A DNA stretch of 64,000 nucleotides from Patescibacteria group bacterium (GTDB lineage: Bacteria; Patescibacteriota; Patescibacteriia; UBA9934). Position 1 is the stretch's first letter. The number at the start of each line of letters is the position of its first letter. Below, in pieces: positions 10,200-21,400 of this stretch. The notes beneath the pieces were generated by a model that saw only the letters and a program-made list of their open reading frames with translations, had not been told where the DNA came from and did not search any database. The position numbers were made by a program, and so were the translations under genes. The stretch is taken from the NCBI GenBank assembly GCA_041660165.1, contig JBAZWW010000004.1, positions 14,839 to 78,838 on the forward strand, written 5' to 3'.

Positions 10200-12799
10200 C
10201 ACACAACGAAATTCACAATCTTGCCCTTCACTTGGATCACTTTTTTCGGCTCGCACGTGAGGAATTTCTGAACGTTAATGTCTGCTCGAGCAAGCTCTAG
10301 GACTGATAAATCTGATAGGGCCGATGGGACTAATAGGGTGGCGCGGAGCTTGCCGTTTACCTGAACAGCAATTGAAACATTCTCATCCACTAAAAGCTTC
10401 TCATCTGCCTCCGGCCATGCTTGTTCCTCAACAAACCCCCTCTCCCCCATCTTCTCCCAAAGCTCATTCGCAAGATGCGGGGCGAACGGGACAAGGATGC
10501 GCAAGAACAGGGCAAAGCTTTCTTTCGAGATGCCCTTCTCCTGCGCCTCATTCACAAATGACATCATGGATGAAACAGCGGTGTTGAATTTGAAATGCTC
10601 GATATCCGCTGTGACTTTGCTGATGGTTTTGTGCAGAGCACGGGCCACCTCGGAGGCCGAGACGGGGTCGAAACGTAGTTCGACCCCTACGGCGAGGGCC
10701 TTCTCGGACAAACGCTCGATCTTATCCAAAAATCGTCGAACACCAATCACTCCGTTGGTGCTCCACGGTACTGGCTCCTCAAAAGGCCCCATGAATAACT
10801 CGTACACACGCAGAGTGTCGGCACCGAACTCCTTCACGATCTCATCCGGATTCACCACGTTGCCCTTTGACTTGCTCATCTTTGTTCCATCTTCAGACAT
10901 GATGAGGCCGTGGGAGTGACGACGAACATACGGTTCGCTCGTCGGCACGAGTCCTTGATCAAATAAAAACTTATTCCAGAAACGCGAGTACAACAAGTGA
11001 AGCGTGGTGTGTTCCATCCCGCCGTTATAAAGGTCAACCGGCATCCAGTACTTAAGTGCTTCTTTCGAAGCGAATGCTTCGTCATTGTGCGGATCCGCGT
11101 ACCGCAAGAAATACCAGCTTGATCCCGCCCAGTTCGGCATCGTATCGGTTTCCCGCCTTGCCGGACCACCACATTGAGGGCACGTTGTGTTTACGAATGA
11201 CTCGATGGATGCGAGCGGTGATTCGCCGGTGTCCGTGGGTTCGTACCGTTCAACCTGAGGGAGTTCGACGGGGAGTTGAGAGTCAGGGACGGCGATCCAG
11301 CCGGCCTGAGACTCCCCATGGCCACCCTGAGACTCCCCCGTAGCCCCCTCTTGGAAAGAGGGGGAGCGCCCATCCTGAGAGACAGAGCGCCCGTTCTGAG
11401 CACAGCGCTCGCAAAAAACGAGTGGAATTGGCTCGCCCCAATAGCGCTGGCGAGAAAAAACCCAGTCGCGGAGTTTGAAGGTAGTTTTCTTTTTGCCTAA
11501 ACCTTTTTCTTCAAGCCACTGGATTATTTCCTTCGTTGCCTCATCAGAAGTCATCCCATCGAACTGACCTGAATTTATAAGCCTGCCACGATGAGAGTAA
11601 ACACTTTCACCCATCTCAACGCTTTTCTTAATAACTTCAAGAATCCCCGCTTCATCTGACGCTTTATACGTCGTCATCCATTCCCTAACTCCATTCCCTA
11701 TAACAGCAGGAAGAACAACTTCCTTGAATTTCAACTCAAATTTCTTCGCGAAGGCAAAGTCGCGCTCATCATGGGCGGGGACGGCCATGATGGCGCCGGT
11801 GCCGTAGTGCGGGAGGACGTAGTCGGCGATCCAAACGGGAATTTGCTCGCCGGTAGCGGGGTTCGTAGCATAGGCACCAGTGAAGACGCCGATTTTTTCC
11901 TTTGAGTCATCGCCACGTTCGATTTCGGTTTTTTTCTGAACCGAGAGCACATATTTTTCTACCGCTTTCTTCTGCCCGCCAGTAGTCAACGTAGCGACGA
12001 GGGGATGCTCTGGCGCGAGGACGAGGTACGTGGCGCCGAAGATCGTGTCGGGGCGGGTCGTGAAGACGGTGATGGGGTCGATACTTGGATCGACCCCTAC
12101 GGCACGGAATTCGATCTCCGCGCCTTCGCTTCGGCCGATCCAATCCTCCTGTTGCTTTTTGATCTTCGGCAAATAATCGACGTCTTTAAGGTCGTCAATC
12201 AACCGATCGGCATATTTTGTGATGGCAATCATCCACTGCTCCTTCTCGCGCCTCTCAACGGCCGTACCGCAACGCTCGCAACAACCGCCGACAACTTCCT
12301 CGTTCGCAAGACCGATCTTGTCCTTTGGGCACCAATTGATGAGCGCCTTGGCTTTGTAGGCCAGCCCCGCTTTGAAAAATTGCAAAAACTGCCACTGCGT
12401 CCAACGATAATATTTTGGATCCGTCGTATTGATCTCCCTTGACCAATCAAAACTGAAACCAATTGATTGGAGTTGCCGTCTAAAATTATCAACATTCTGT
12501 TTGGTCACCACGCTAGGATGAACACCCATCTTAATGGCGTAATTCTCCGTAGGCAAACCGAAGGCATCCCAGCCCATGGGGAACAACACATTTTTTCCCT
12601 CCATTCTTTTCTTGCGCGCAACAACATCAAGCGCCGTATAACTGCGCGGGTGCCCCACGTGCAGGCCCTCGCCCGACGGGTACGGAAACTCGACCAAGAC
12701 ATAATACTTGTCTTTGCCGGAATCCTTGGCCTGAAAAATACCAGACTCTACCCAGCGCTTCTGCCACTTGGGATCAACTGACGAATGGTCGTACGACAT
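10199..12799 (-). CDS. leuS: Leucine--tRNA ligase
   Basis: FPYPSGEGLHVGH, TTRPDT, KMSKSKGN, VQVNGKLR. Confidence 0.97.
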   Translation of the reverse strand: MSYDHSSVDPKWQKRWVESGIFQAKDSGKDKYYVLVEFPYPSGEGLHVGHPRSYTALDVVARKKRMEGKNVLFPMGWDAFGLPTENYAIKMGVHPSVVTKQNVDNFRRQLQSIGFSFDWSREINTTDPKYYRWTQWQFLQFFKAGLAYKAKALINWCPKDKIGLANEEVVGGCCERCGTAVERREKEQWMIAITKYADRLIDDLKDVDYLPKIKKQQEDWIGRSEGAEIEFRAVGVDPSIDPITVFTTRPDTIFGATYLVLAPEHPLVATLTTGGQKKAVEKYVLSVQKKTEIERGDDSKEKIGVFTGAYATNPATGEQIPVWIADYVLPHYGTGAIMAVPAHDERDFAFAKKFELKFKEVVLPAVIGNGVREWMTTYKASDEAGILEVIKKSVEMGESVYSHRGRLINSGQFDGMTSDEATKEIIQWLEEKGLGKKKTTFKLRDWVFSRQRYWGEPIPLVFCERCAQNGRSVSQDGRSPSFQEGATGESQGGHGESQAGWIAVPDSQLPVELPQVERYEPTDTGESPLASIESFVNTTCPQCGGPARRETDTMPNWAGSSWYFLRYADPHNDEAFASKEALKYWMPVDLYNGGMEHTTLHLLYSRFWNKFLFDQGLVPTSEPYVRRHSHGLIMSEDGTKMSKSKGNVVNPDEIVKEFGADTLRVYELFMGPFEEPVPWSTNGVIGVRRFLDKIERLSEKALAVGVELRFDPVSASEVARALHKTISKVTADIEHFKFNTAVSSMMSFVNEAQEKGISKESFALFLRILVPFAPHLANELWEKMGERGFVEEQAWPEADEKLLVDENVSIAVQVNGKLRATLLVPSALSDLSVLELARADINVQKFLTCEPKKVIQVKGKIVNFVV
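10664..10693. repeat. Family A palindrome in frame inside leuS
   Basis: GGGGTCGAAACGTAGTTCGACCCCTACGGC encodes AVGVELRFDP. Confidence 0.8.
12074..12103. repeat. Family A palindrome in frame inside leuS
   Basis: GGGGTCGATACTTGGATCGACCCCTACGGC encodes AVGVDPSIDP. Confidence 0.8.
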
Positions 12800-12810
12800 A
12801 CGCAAAAAAG

Positions 12811-13302
12811 TTAGGCAACCTCCCTCTCCTCTTCATCTCTTTCGGCTGACGTAGACCTCTCCGTATTCTTAAACCAGGCAGAGATAGCCGGATTCCCTTC
12901 GGCAATTTCCTCATTCATTTCTCCTTCCGTCATCAGTGGTTTGACCGGCTCGGACTTCTTCTTCTCTACGGGCTTTGGGAGAGGGATTACTTCCGCGTAA
13001 AGCGTTTTGGCATAATCCCTGGCCTTGGTAAGCCAGCTGGCCTTTGTCTCCTTCGGAAACGGAATCACGTTCGTGGGCACAGGTTCGGACGGACGAATAA
13101 TCTTGTCCGTAATTTCATCGGCGTAACTATCCTCATCCCCGATGGGTTCAAGCTCAACCGCCGCTGGCTTTTCCGGGGCATCTGAAATATCAAGCGTACC
13201 AACGTTCAGAAGAGGATCAAAATCCTTATCCGATTCCGAATGTTCTTCGCCCTTCTTAAACCACGCCTCCACATCCCCCGATGCGGAAAATTTCTCTTTC
13301 AT
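12811..13302 (-). CDS. Hypothetical acidic/low-complexity protein
   Basis: 163-aa ORF tightly packed in a minus-strand operon. Confidence 0.7.
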   Translation of the reverse strand: MKEKFSASGDVEAWFKKGEEHSESDKDFDPLLNVGTLDISDAPEKPAAVELEPIGDEDSYADEITDKIIRPSEPVPTNVIPFPKETKASWLTKARDYAKTLYAEVIPLPKPVEKKKSEPVKPLMTEGEMNEEIAEGNPAISAWFKNTERSTSAERDEEEREVA

Positions 13303-13303
13303 A

Positions 13304-13642
13304 TTAAGAAGCCTTCCCGCCTTCTACCGCATAGCCAGCTTCCATCCAGCCCATAAGTCCGCCGGTCAACCTGGTCAATTTTGTATAACCCGCTTGTTCA
13401 AGCGCCTCTGTAGCCGTGGATCCTTTACCAAGCTCATCGAATTCTCCGTATACCACGATATCCGCATCCTTGTCTTTGAGCATGGCGGAACACGTATCCC
13501 CGCACTTGTCGCCAACGGGAATGTTCACGGCCCCCGGGATATGACGGTGCTCAAAATTGGCCGGCTCTTGAAGATCAATCAACGTGAGGGCCTCACCCGC
13601 CTCAAGCTTTGTTTTCAATTCTTTCACGGTTAGAATATTCAT
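13304..13642 (-). CDS. Rhodanese-like domain protein (no active-site Cys)
   Basis: LIDL..HIPGAVNIP, IVVYG, LTGGLMGW. Confidence 0.88.
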   Translation of the reverse strand: MNILTVKELKTKLEAGEALTLIDLQEPANFEHRHIPGAVNIPVGDKCGDTCSAMLKDKDADIVVYGEFDELGKGSTATEALEQAGYTKLTRLTGGLMGWMEAGYAVEGGKAS

Positions 13643-13647
13643 AGAAA

Positions 13648-14853
13648 TTATTTCTTTGAGGCAAGTAGTCTTTCAAGCGCCACAATGAATGCCCCGCGCC
13701 GAAAATCCGTCCCATATTTTTCCTTGGCCTCCCAAACGGCAAGAGCAGATTTCTCCATGTAGTCTTTTAGCATGGCGTCTACTTTTTCCGCCGTCCACTT
13801 CTCGTCCCTCATGTTCTGCTCCCACTCAAAATAACTGACCGTCACCCCGCCCGAGTTCGCAAGAATATCCGGGATCACCACAATCCCCTTCCCAAGAAGG
13901 ATATCATCTGCTTCAACAGTTGTCGGGCCATTGGCCAGCTCAAAGACGACTTTCGCTTTAATCCGCGCCGCGTTTTCACTGGTAATTTGATTTTCAAGGG
14001 CTGCCGGCACCAGCACTCCACATTCGAGCTCGAGCAACTCGGCGTTCGTAATAGTCTGCGCTCCAGGAAAACCAGACAGCGAACCCATGGACTCTTTATA
14101 GTCCTTCACGGCATTGATATCGAGTCCTGCTTCAGAGTAAATCCCGCTCTTAGAATCCGACACCGCAACTATTTTTACCTCATGCCTGGCACAAATGTCT
14201 GCAAACGTTGCCCCCGCATTTCCAAAGCCCTGAATCGCTACAGTAAACGTCTCCGGATCAAGCAACAGTTTCTCACGCAGGGCAGACAACACATACCAGC
14301 CTCCCATGGCCGTAGCGGTATCACGGCCAAGCGATCCGCCATGCTCAATACTCTTGCCCGTTACCACCGCCAGGTGCCCGAACTCTTCTGCAATGACGTC
14401 CATCTCAGCACTGGTGGTATTCACATCCGGCGCCGGCACATCGCGCTCAGGACCGAGCACGTCGCGAAAGGCACGGGCATACGCACGCGCGACTTCAAGC
14501 TTCTCAGTACTCGACAATTTCTTTGGATCAACAGTTACTCCCCCCTTTCCTCCGCCCATGGGAATATTTGCCACGGCAGTTTTAAACGTCATGAGCGCGG
14601 CGAGCGTTCTCACTTCGTCCTCATCCACGTTCGGGTGAAACCGAATTCCCCCTTTGTACGGCCCTCGCCAATTATTATGCTGAATGCGAAAAGCTGGCAA
14701 TTGAACGACAGATGCGTCATCCTTTTTTACGGACAGCGCCCTCTTTTCAAGATGTTGCGGGGCAACCAAACCGGAGACAATGTCTTTTGAAAGGCCCGCA
14801 GCGACACTGGCCCGTTCAAGCTGAATAAGGAAATTCTGATAGGAGTTTGGCAT
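13648..14853 (-). CDS. gdhA: Glu/Leu/Phe/Val dehydrogenase
   Basis: GPYKGGIRFHP, GGGKGG, DVPAPDVNT, QGFGNAG, ELANGP, NSGGVTVSYFEW. Confidence 0.93.
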   Translation of the reverse strand: MPNSYQNFLIQLERASVAAGLSKDIVSGLVAPQHLEKRALSVKKDDASVVQLPAFRIQHNNWRGPYKGGIRFHPNVDEDEVRTLAALMTFKTAVANIPMGGGKGGVTVDPKKLSSTEKLEVARAYARAFRDVLGPERDVPAPDVNTTSAEMDVIAEEFGHLAVVTGKSIEHGGSLGRDTATAMGGWYVLSALREKLLLDPETFTVAIQGFGNAGATFADICARHEVKIVAVSDSKSGIYSEAGLDINAVKDYKESMGSLSGFPGAQTITNAELLELECGVLVPAALENQITSENAARIKAKVVFELANGPTTVEADDILLGKGIVVIPDILANSGGVTVSYFEWEQNMRDEKWTAEKVDAMLKDYMEKSALAVWEAKEKYGTDFRRGAFIVALERLLASKK

Positions 14854-14887
14854 AGAGGTACACTAATGGTATATTTTTTTCATTGAT

Positions 14888-15520
14888 ATGCACAAGACCG
14901 TTCTCACCATGGGGGTAACCCTCTCATTATTACTCTGCCTTGGCGCCGGATATTCCGTCAGTGCGCAAAGCCCGCATCGGGTTATAGAGAGGTATTTTCA
15001 CATAACCGAAACATACGTCTCTGGATACACCGATGAACGCGGAGTTGGCATGATCACAGTTAGCCATGAAAACTCAACGCTTGGAACCCTCACAAGCGTG
15101 CTTGAGGTATCGCCAGCTACTCGCTACCTCCGCCTTCAGGGCGCAAAAATGACGTTTAGTGATCTAAAAAAGGGCGATGACCTCTCCATCACCACACTCC
15201 GAAATTCTGACGGCAAACAGTTGCCAACGGAAATTATTGATAATAATACTTGGTTTCTAGAAAATGCAGTGACAAAGGCGGAAGTTACCACCGTTGGCGC
15301 CACAGCCATCAGTGCCACGGAAACTTTGGGATCGAAAAAGATTTCTGTCCCTTTCACAAAAAATACACTCGTGCTAAAACCTGATGGAAAATCAGGAACA
15401 GTGGAGGACATTGCAGTCGGCCGGCACATTCGAGCCCGCGGGATCATGCGCAAAACGGGTACGACTACCGTCATAGAACAAACGTATGTCATCTGGATTT
15501 TGCCCGAACACGGCGAGTAA
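14888..15520 (+). CDS. Secreted protein with two OB-like repeats
   Basis: Signal peptide; repeated T...F/V.DL/I..G motif (DUF5666-like, tentative). Confidence 0.65.
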   Translation: MHKTVLTMGVTLSLLLCLGAGYSVSAQSPHRVIERYFHITETYVSGYTDERGVGMITVSHENSTLGTLTSVLEVSPATRYLRLQGAKMTFSDLKKGDDLSITTLRNSDGKQLPTEIIDNNTWFLENAVTKAEVTTVGATAISATETLGSKKISVPFTKNTLVLKPDGKSGTVEDIAVGRHIRARGIMRKTGTTTVIEQTYVIWILPEHGE

Positions 15521-15523
15521 TAC

Positions 15524-16423
15524 ATGAAAGACCCCCTTCCCCCAGCCTTGCGAGAACGCCTCATTAAACAGTTTGGAACCGGAGCCTACAGCCTGCTCTT
15601 ACGGGCTTTTTCAGTTGAACGAAAGCCTACTTTTCGAGTAAACACATTAAAAACAACGGATGAGGAAGTCATGGCCGTCATGCGAGACGAGCAAATCATG
15701 TTTGAGCGAGCGAAAGCCGTCCCGCATGCTTTTCTTATCAAGAATCGGACGGATGATGAATTACTGGAACATCCGCTCGCCAAGGAGGGAAAAATCTATC
15801 TGCAGGGGATCTCATCAATGGTCCCGCCGCTCGTCATGGATTTAGAGGGGTCATTGAAAATTCTCGATCTTTGCGCCGCGCCAGGATCGAAAACCACCGA
15901 GATTGCTTCGATGACACGCAATACCGCAGAAATTATCGCCTGTGAGGACAATGAAGTTCGTTTTCAAAAACTGCTGAACACTATTCGTATTCAAGGGGCC
16001 AAGGTGGACGCTCGAAATGTAGACTCGACAATGTTACAAAAAGAACTCCCCGAATATTTTGACCGAGTGCTCGCTGACGTCCCCTGCTCTGCCGAAGGCC
16101 GAATGAACATTCTTGAAAAACGTTCATTCAGCTACTGGTCAGAAAAGAATATCGTCGAGCACGCCAAGCTCCAACGCAGGCTTCTTCGCGCCGCGGTTGG
16201 TTGTCTCAAACCCGGTGGCATACTTGTCTACTCAACCTGCACGCTGGCACCCGAAGAAAATGAAAAAATGATCGACTGGCTCATTACCGAATTTCCACAA
16301 ATGAAGCCGGTCGAAATCTCGCTCGCCCTCACGAATATCAAGCAAACTGCTCACAAAACAGTCACCATGTTGCCGAGTGAGATGATGGAGGGGTTCTTTG
16401 TAGCAAAGCTGATGAAAGTCTAG
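15524..16423 (+). CDS. RsmB/RsmF/NOL1 family rRNA m5C methyltransferase
   Basis: ILDLCAAPGSKT, DVPCS, VYSTCT, PEENE. Confidence 0.94.
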   Translation: MKDPLPPALRERLIKQFGTGAYSLLLRAFSVERKPTFRVNTLKTTDEEVMAVMRDEQIMFERAKAVPHAFLIKNRTDDELLEHPLAKEGKIYLQGISSMVPPLVMDLEGSLKILDLCAAPGSKTTEIASMTRNTAEIIACEDNEVRFQKLLNTIRIQGAKVDARNVDSTMLQKELPEYFDRVLADVPCSAEGRMNILEKRSFSYWSEKNIVEHAKLQRRLLRAAVGCLKPGGILVYSTCTLAPEENEKMIDWLITEFPQMKPVEISLALTNIKQTAHKTVTMLPSEMMEGFFVAKLMKV

Positions 16424-16512
16424 GGGTGAGCGGGCGACACGATCTCGTCGCTCGAAAAGAAAACCGTCCGAGCACGAGCCCGGACGGCCTGTCGTATCCG
16501 ACGACAAACGAA

Positions 16513-17097
16513 CTACTTGAGGAGCCCGGCCTTGACGAGCGCCGTGATCGAGCGACCGTCCGTGGACTGCGCCACGAACTCCGCGGGCGTCATGACGATC
16601 GTGCCCTCCGCGAACTCCATCGTCCGAACGTACACGGCGATGAAGCCTCTGATGCGTTGAGGGTTCGCCTCCATGTAGCCCACGGGCTTCTCCTTGGCAT
16701 CGGCGAGCTCGCCCTTCGTGATAGACGAAGGCTGCAACTCGAGGATCGGACCGTTCAGGCCCTGGTTCTGACGGATCCGAACCTGCCCGATCGCGTTCTT
16801 CTCGATGATGACGTGGCCCACGATCCGACGGTGCTCTTCGTCGAGCTCCACGACCTTCGGTTGCTCGTTCACTGCGGCCATCCAGTGCCCTGCGGGGTGC
16901 TGGAACATGCCGGCTTCGTGAAGCTCTCCGTCACCGCGCCGAATGTTGCCGGTCGTGAGGTCAAATCCCCACACCTGATCTTGCTTGCCCTCGGCGAGCT
17001 TCTTCTGCCACACGTCCGCTGGCTCGAGCACCACGAAGGTATCCGCACCGAGCTCCTGACGAACCACATCCACATGAACGAAACGCTTGTTGCCCAT
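16513..17097 (-). CDS. Hypothetical protein
   Basis: GC-rich ORF followed by a hairpin and U-run at ~16455-16487; start uncertain. Confidence 0.6.
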   Translation of the reverse strand: MGNKRFVHVDVVRQELGADTFVVLEPADVWQKKLAEGKQDQVWGFDLTTGNIRRGDGELHEAGMFQHPAGHWMAAVNEQPKVVELDEEHRRIVGHVIIEKNAIGQVRIRQNQGLNGPILELQPSSITKGELADAKEKPVGYMEANPQRIRGFIAVYVRTMEFAEGTIVMTPAEFVAQSTDGRSITALVKAGLLK

Positions 17098-17262
17098 ATA
17101 CGACACCAATGCCCCACGCGGAGCACCGATTCCTCCGAACCCCAGATGAACTGCAAGGAACGAGAAACGTGATTGTTGTGGGATCACCCCACCCATCCCG
17201 GAGGAAGACAAACACGGCGCGAGAATAAGGAAAACCCCCGATTCCGTCAAGGTTTCGGGGGC

Positions 17263-18180
17263 TCACGTCACACGCCGCAACACGCGGACGTACGTGAAGT
17301 AATAGTTGAGTGCAGCCACGCAGTGAAGTGACCCGATACCCATACGCATGTACTCATCCTCCATGCACCGCAGGGGGATGAAGACCAAACGCTGTTGCGG
17401 TGGTCCGAGCACTCGCCGACCCCACTTCTCGTCCTTGCCGTACAGCGGAAACTTCAGAACGAATTCTGGATCGCCACGAAGGCCGAGATGAAAAATGGGC
17501 GTGACATTTGAGCTGTTCCCCGTGTTCTCCCACGGCAGGCTCAAAAGCGTGAGACGCTCGGGAGTAATGACCGAGCGTGCAAGAAGCGAACCGAGTTCGT
17601 TCTTCACAATGCCGATCGGCAAGTCACACGTGCGAATGACGTTGAGGTCCATGTCGACGGCCACAAAGTCATTCGGGATGGGAAGCCTGCCGAACACAAG
17701 CCCACCTTCCGGCACGTACCCACGAGGAATCTCTATGGTCCAGTCCTGACACGTTGGACCTCTGTGCTGTTCGATGCACACCATCCATTCGTCGTTATAT
17801 GTGGTTATGCAGACAGCGCCCGTCGCCGCAACCGAACCCATTTCCGTCGAAAGCGGGGTGTGCTTCGCGTTCATGAGCACGGCATACGTATGCTCCTTCG
17901 TCTTCTCCTTCCCATCGTGACGGATACAAAGGTACGTCACGATGTAAAAGTATGGATCGGGGTGATCCTCACTCTCACCGTATCCATGCACCCCAAGAAT
18001 CGCCTTAACTTCGTCTTCACCGTCCAGGTGATTCCCGAGCGTGTGAAGAAGCGGGAGGCCGAACTCGGCAAGTCGTTTATTGATTCGCCGCAACCGTCTG
18101 CCCCACATCTCTTTCTGATCATGCCTTTCTTCGTCCCCTGGCACGGGGACCGGAAGGTCCTTTTTCCGTGCTGGTTTCAT
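17263..18180 (-). CDS. Degenerate Nudix-fold (ADP-ribose pyrophosphatase-like) protein
   Basis: IEQHRGPTCQDWTIEIPRG resembles the xxQYRxP..W..E.PaG segment; Nudix box not intact. Confidence 0.55.
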   Translation of the reverse strand: MKPARKKDLPVPVPGDEERHDQKEMWGRRLRRINKRLAEFGLPLLHTLGNHLDGEDEVKAILGVHGYGESEDHPDPYFYIVTYLCIRHDGKEKTKEHTYAVLMNAKHTPLSTEMGSVAATGAVCITTYNDEWMVCIEQHRGPTCQDWTIEIPRGYVPEGGLVFGRLPIPNDFVAVDMDLNVIRTCDLPIGIVKNELGSLLARSVITPERLTLLSLPWENTGNSSNVTPIFHLGLRGDPEFVLKFPLYGKDEKWGRRVLGPPQQRLVFIPLRCMEDEYMRMGIGSLHCVAALNYYFTYVRVLRRVT

Positions 18181-18484
18181 GATTTCCTCTTCGACTTCAA
18201 GCGAAGCCGACTAGCATCTTTACCAGATTATCCTTATAAATGTCAACAACTGCTACCCCATCTGGAATGCCACCGTATGTACGCGCTGTCTCCTTACGAA
18301 CAGAACACCGGATGGAGAAAAAAGTTTCCCCTCTTTCACAAGCTCCGCCACTTCCTTTCGTGAATAGAACGTGATGCCCTGTTTGAACTCTTCGTAACGC
18401 TCAGGCGCTGGGAACAGCGATCCGAGGTCTTCGTATCTGCCGCAAAAAGTGCGCGTCAAGGTTCATAACAGGTAGACCACAATA

Positions 18485-21400
18485 TTATTTAAATAACGCA
18501 GGGATCCGCGAAAGCAAATTCATCGGCGACGCCCAATCAACGAGGTGTTCAAGATACCGCGCAGTAAACCGTAGAAAGTTTGCAATGCGTTCTACAAGAT
18601 CCGTACGTTTCATGAAATGTGAAGCGTCAACAACTGACGAATCATCAAACGGAGCACCGATAACAAGCCGGGTAAACGCCGTTGGATCAAGATCAATGAT
18701 GTAATCAGCCCAATGTACACCGAATAACTTTGTGGCGAGCTCTTCCGTGGGAACCCAGTGAATCACTGAGTTATCAATCGTTGCGTCCGCATCAAAGGCA
18801 TACACCCGGTTTGAGCTCACGATTTTGACAAGGACAGTCCCCGGTTTTGGAGGCATGGGTTTGCCAAGAGGATGACCCTGAAGAATCTCCTCGGATACAA
18901 CCTGCACGGTTGTAAAATCGCTTACATAGGTAAAGAATTCTACGGCAGAGATGAATGAATGCCGTACGCCATCATCACCAATGAAATATACCGTTGATGA
19001 AGTTTCCGTGCGCACAAAGTTCGTATAGCTTGTCTCAGAACCCCCGGGGGCTGGCGGAACCACGGGTTCAACGGGAGGCTCAATGGGTACTACGGGTTCA
19101 ACAGGTGGAATGACAGAACACGCGGCTGAAAGAGTGATCGTATCGGAGACCTCTGAAGACACGCCTCCGGTTGCGGTACGGAACTGCGCATAGACGGTTT
19201 TCTCGCCCTCATCTGGAGAAAGAATCCACGGCAGAGTCATCGTTCTGATAAACGAACCGGAAGCGCTTGGCGTGATGGGAATACTTTCATCCGCAACAAA
19301 CGGGATGTACTCGCTTGAGTCGCCCATGCCAAATGGCTCGTTTGACACGCGGACGCTTGAAGCATTCGCTGCCACAAGATGAAGCGTGGTCTCGGCGGTT
19401 GGGACGCATGTCGCGTCTTCAACGATGGAAACGGAGGCGTTCGTCACACTCTGTGCAACGGAAGAACCCTCGCCCGCTAGGGTAAACGCCACAGAGTCAA
19501 CCGCTGGTTGGCTGGCCAGGCTGTCAGTCTCAAGAGTAACGGCAAGGTCAAGGTTAGCGGTTGCTAAGGAGAAGCCTCCCGCGGTTGCCCAACTGCCGGG
19601 AAGGATTCCGGAGAGAATCGTACTGGTCATTCGATTATTCGTTGCGCCATTTTCTACGGCAAGAGAAATGGCTTCTGCAGAAGTGTTTGTGGGAGCAGGA
19701 GTCCAGACGCTGGCATCGTTTCGATAATACCAATTGCCATTGACCCCGCCGTGATCTGTTGCAAGACTCGATGCAATAGTCCGCCAACCACCGCTATAAG
19801 CTTTGAAGCTCTGGCGAGCATCAAAAGAAAGTGCGTAATAAGCATTCCCGCCATCAAGAGATTCTGAGGCAACCGCAGACGCCATTTTATTCGTTCCAGC
19901 AAAGTCAAGGTTTGAAGATGCAGTCGTAAGCGTGGTGTAGTACTTGCCGACGGGAGATGCGCCAAGAACTAATTTATGAAGTACGTTTCCAACCAGATCA
20001 AACGCCCATAACGTCCCGTTACTTTGGAGAGCTAGATCAAGATCCGGCGCATCCACCGCGTAATCAGCCAAACGGTCGCCGGTGTTCACATCAAATTCAT
20101 AGATGCCCGAAGCGGATCCCCCAGGAGGAGACAAGTACTGCGTGGCATATGTCACGTAAATTTTCCCCGCAGTCTCATCAAGACGCATGCCGTTCGTTCC
20201 GGGACCAGTTACGTATTCTGCTAAAATATTCCCTGTCACCGGATCAATTTTTGTTAAACGATCAATACCGTCTACCTCGTAGTTTGTAAATTGCCACAAC
20301 ACGTTCCTGGTAGCGTCAAGAATGAGCCTATCCGTTCCGTCAGTTGAACCGCCAACGGCGATTGGATACTGGCTTGAGCCAAGAGTGCCGTTTGTATACG
20401 CGCCGGTTGAAGCGGTGATTTTCACTAAATTCGCACCACTCCCGCCTGCATACGCAGAAAACCAAACAACGTGTTGTATCGAATCATAAATAAGAGAGGT
20501 GAGATGTCCACCCGCGGCAATAGTTCCAATGATAGCGCCCGTCACGGGATTTATGCGCTCGACCAAGTCCGAACTTCCGCCTTGTGTTACCCAAATTTCA
20601 TCAATCTCGGGGTTGTAAATAATGCCCCACGAGTTACCAGCCCCAGTAAGAAAAGAGCTTGCTCCAAAAGTTCCAAAAGCATAATCACCAGTGGAAGCAT
20701 CATAGGCCGTCACCCTGCTTGCAGTGCCCCAACTAGCTACCCAGAGCCTATTCCTTGTTGGATCAATGGCCATGCCCTCCGGGCTATCCCCGGTTGTTTT
20801 TCTGCTCATTTCTAGTCCGGTGGTACTCGATACGCCGATCAACTCGTCGGTATTTCCAATGGTGACCCAAATACGTCCATTTACATCGTCAGCAAGGACG
20901 CGGCCAAGAGCCCCAGCCGTGCCAGACAAATCCGGACTCAAAACAGAAAGTTGCGACATGCTTCCACCAAGTTTCACTGCATCTACAGGTTTTACCGTGC
21001 AGGTAATTTTTGTAACTGCCGCATCAACTAACGTAAGATAAATACTGTCTGCCGAGGTTACGCCGTCAGTCAACAATACCTGGCCAGTAACATCCTGGCT
21101 CACGTGGCCAATGAGGTAATCAACGCCCCCAACCGTAGCGCGACAACCGGCCTGGATCTTCATAGCCGAAAGATTCACTGCAGATCCACCGCTTCCCGTT
21201 TTAAAAATTCCCGTTCCCTGATTTACCGCATCAAACCAGGCAACGGTTCCTTTCACGTCTTCTTCAGATAATGTACTCGAACTGTCGAGGTCAATGGTCA
21301 TCAAATTCGTCTCATCATCTTCCGTAAAAATCGAAACGTCCGCAGGATTAAGTCCGCCATAAAGCGCATCCGAACTGGTAGCTGAACCGAGCACAACTGA

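Noticed and set aside
16426-17172. 248-aa plus-strand ORF
   Set aside because: Antisense to the minus-strand ORF, which has the terminator; composition is typical of a GC-rich shadow frame.
18253-18459. 68-aa minus-strand ORF or possible remnant
   Set aside because: TTG start and no recognisable motif; cannot be supported.
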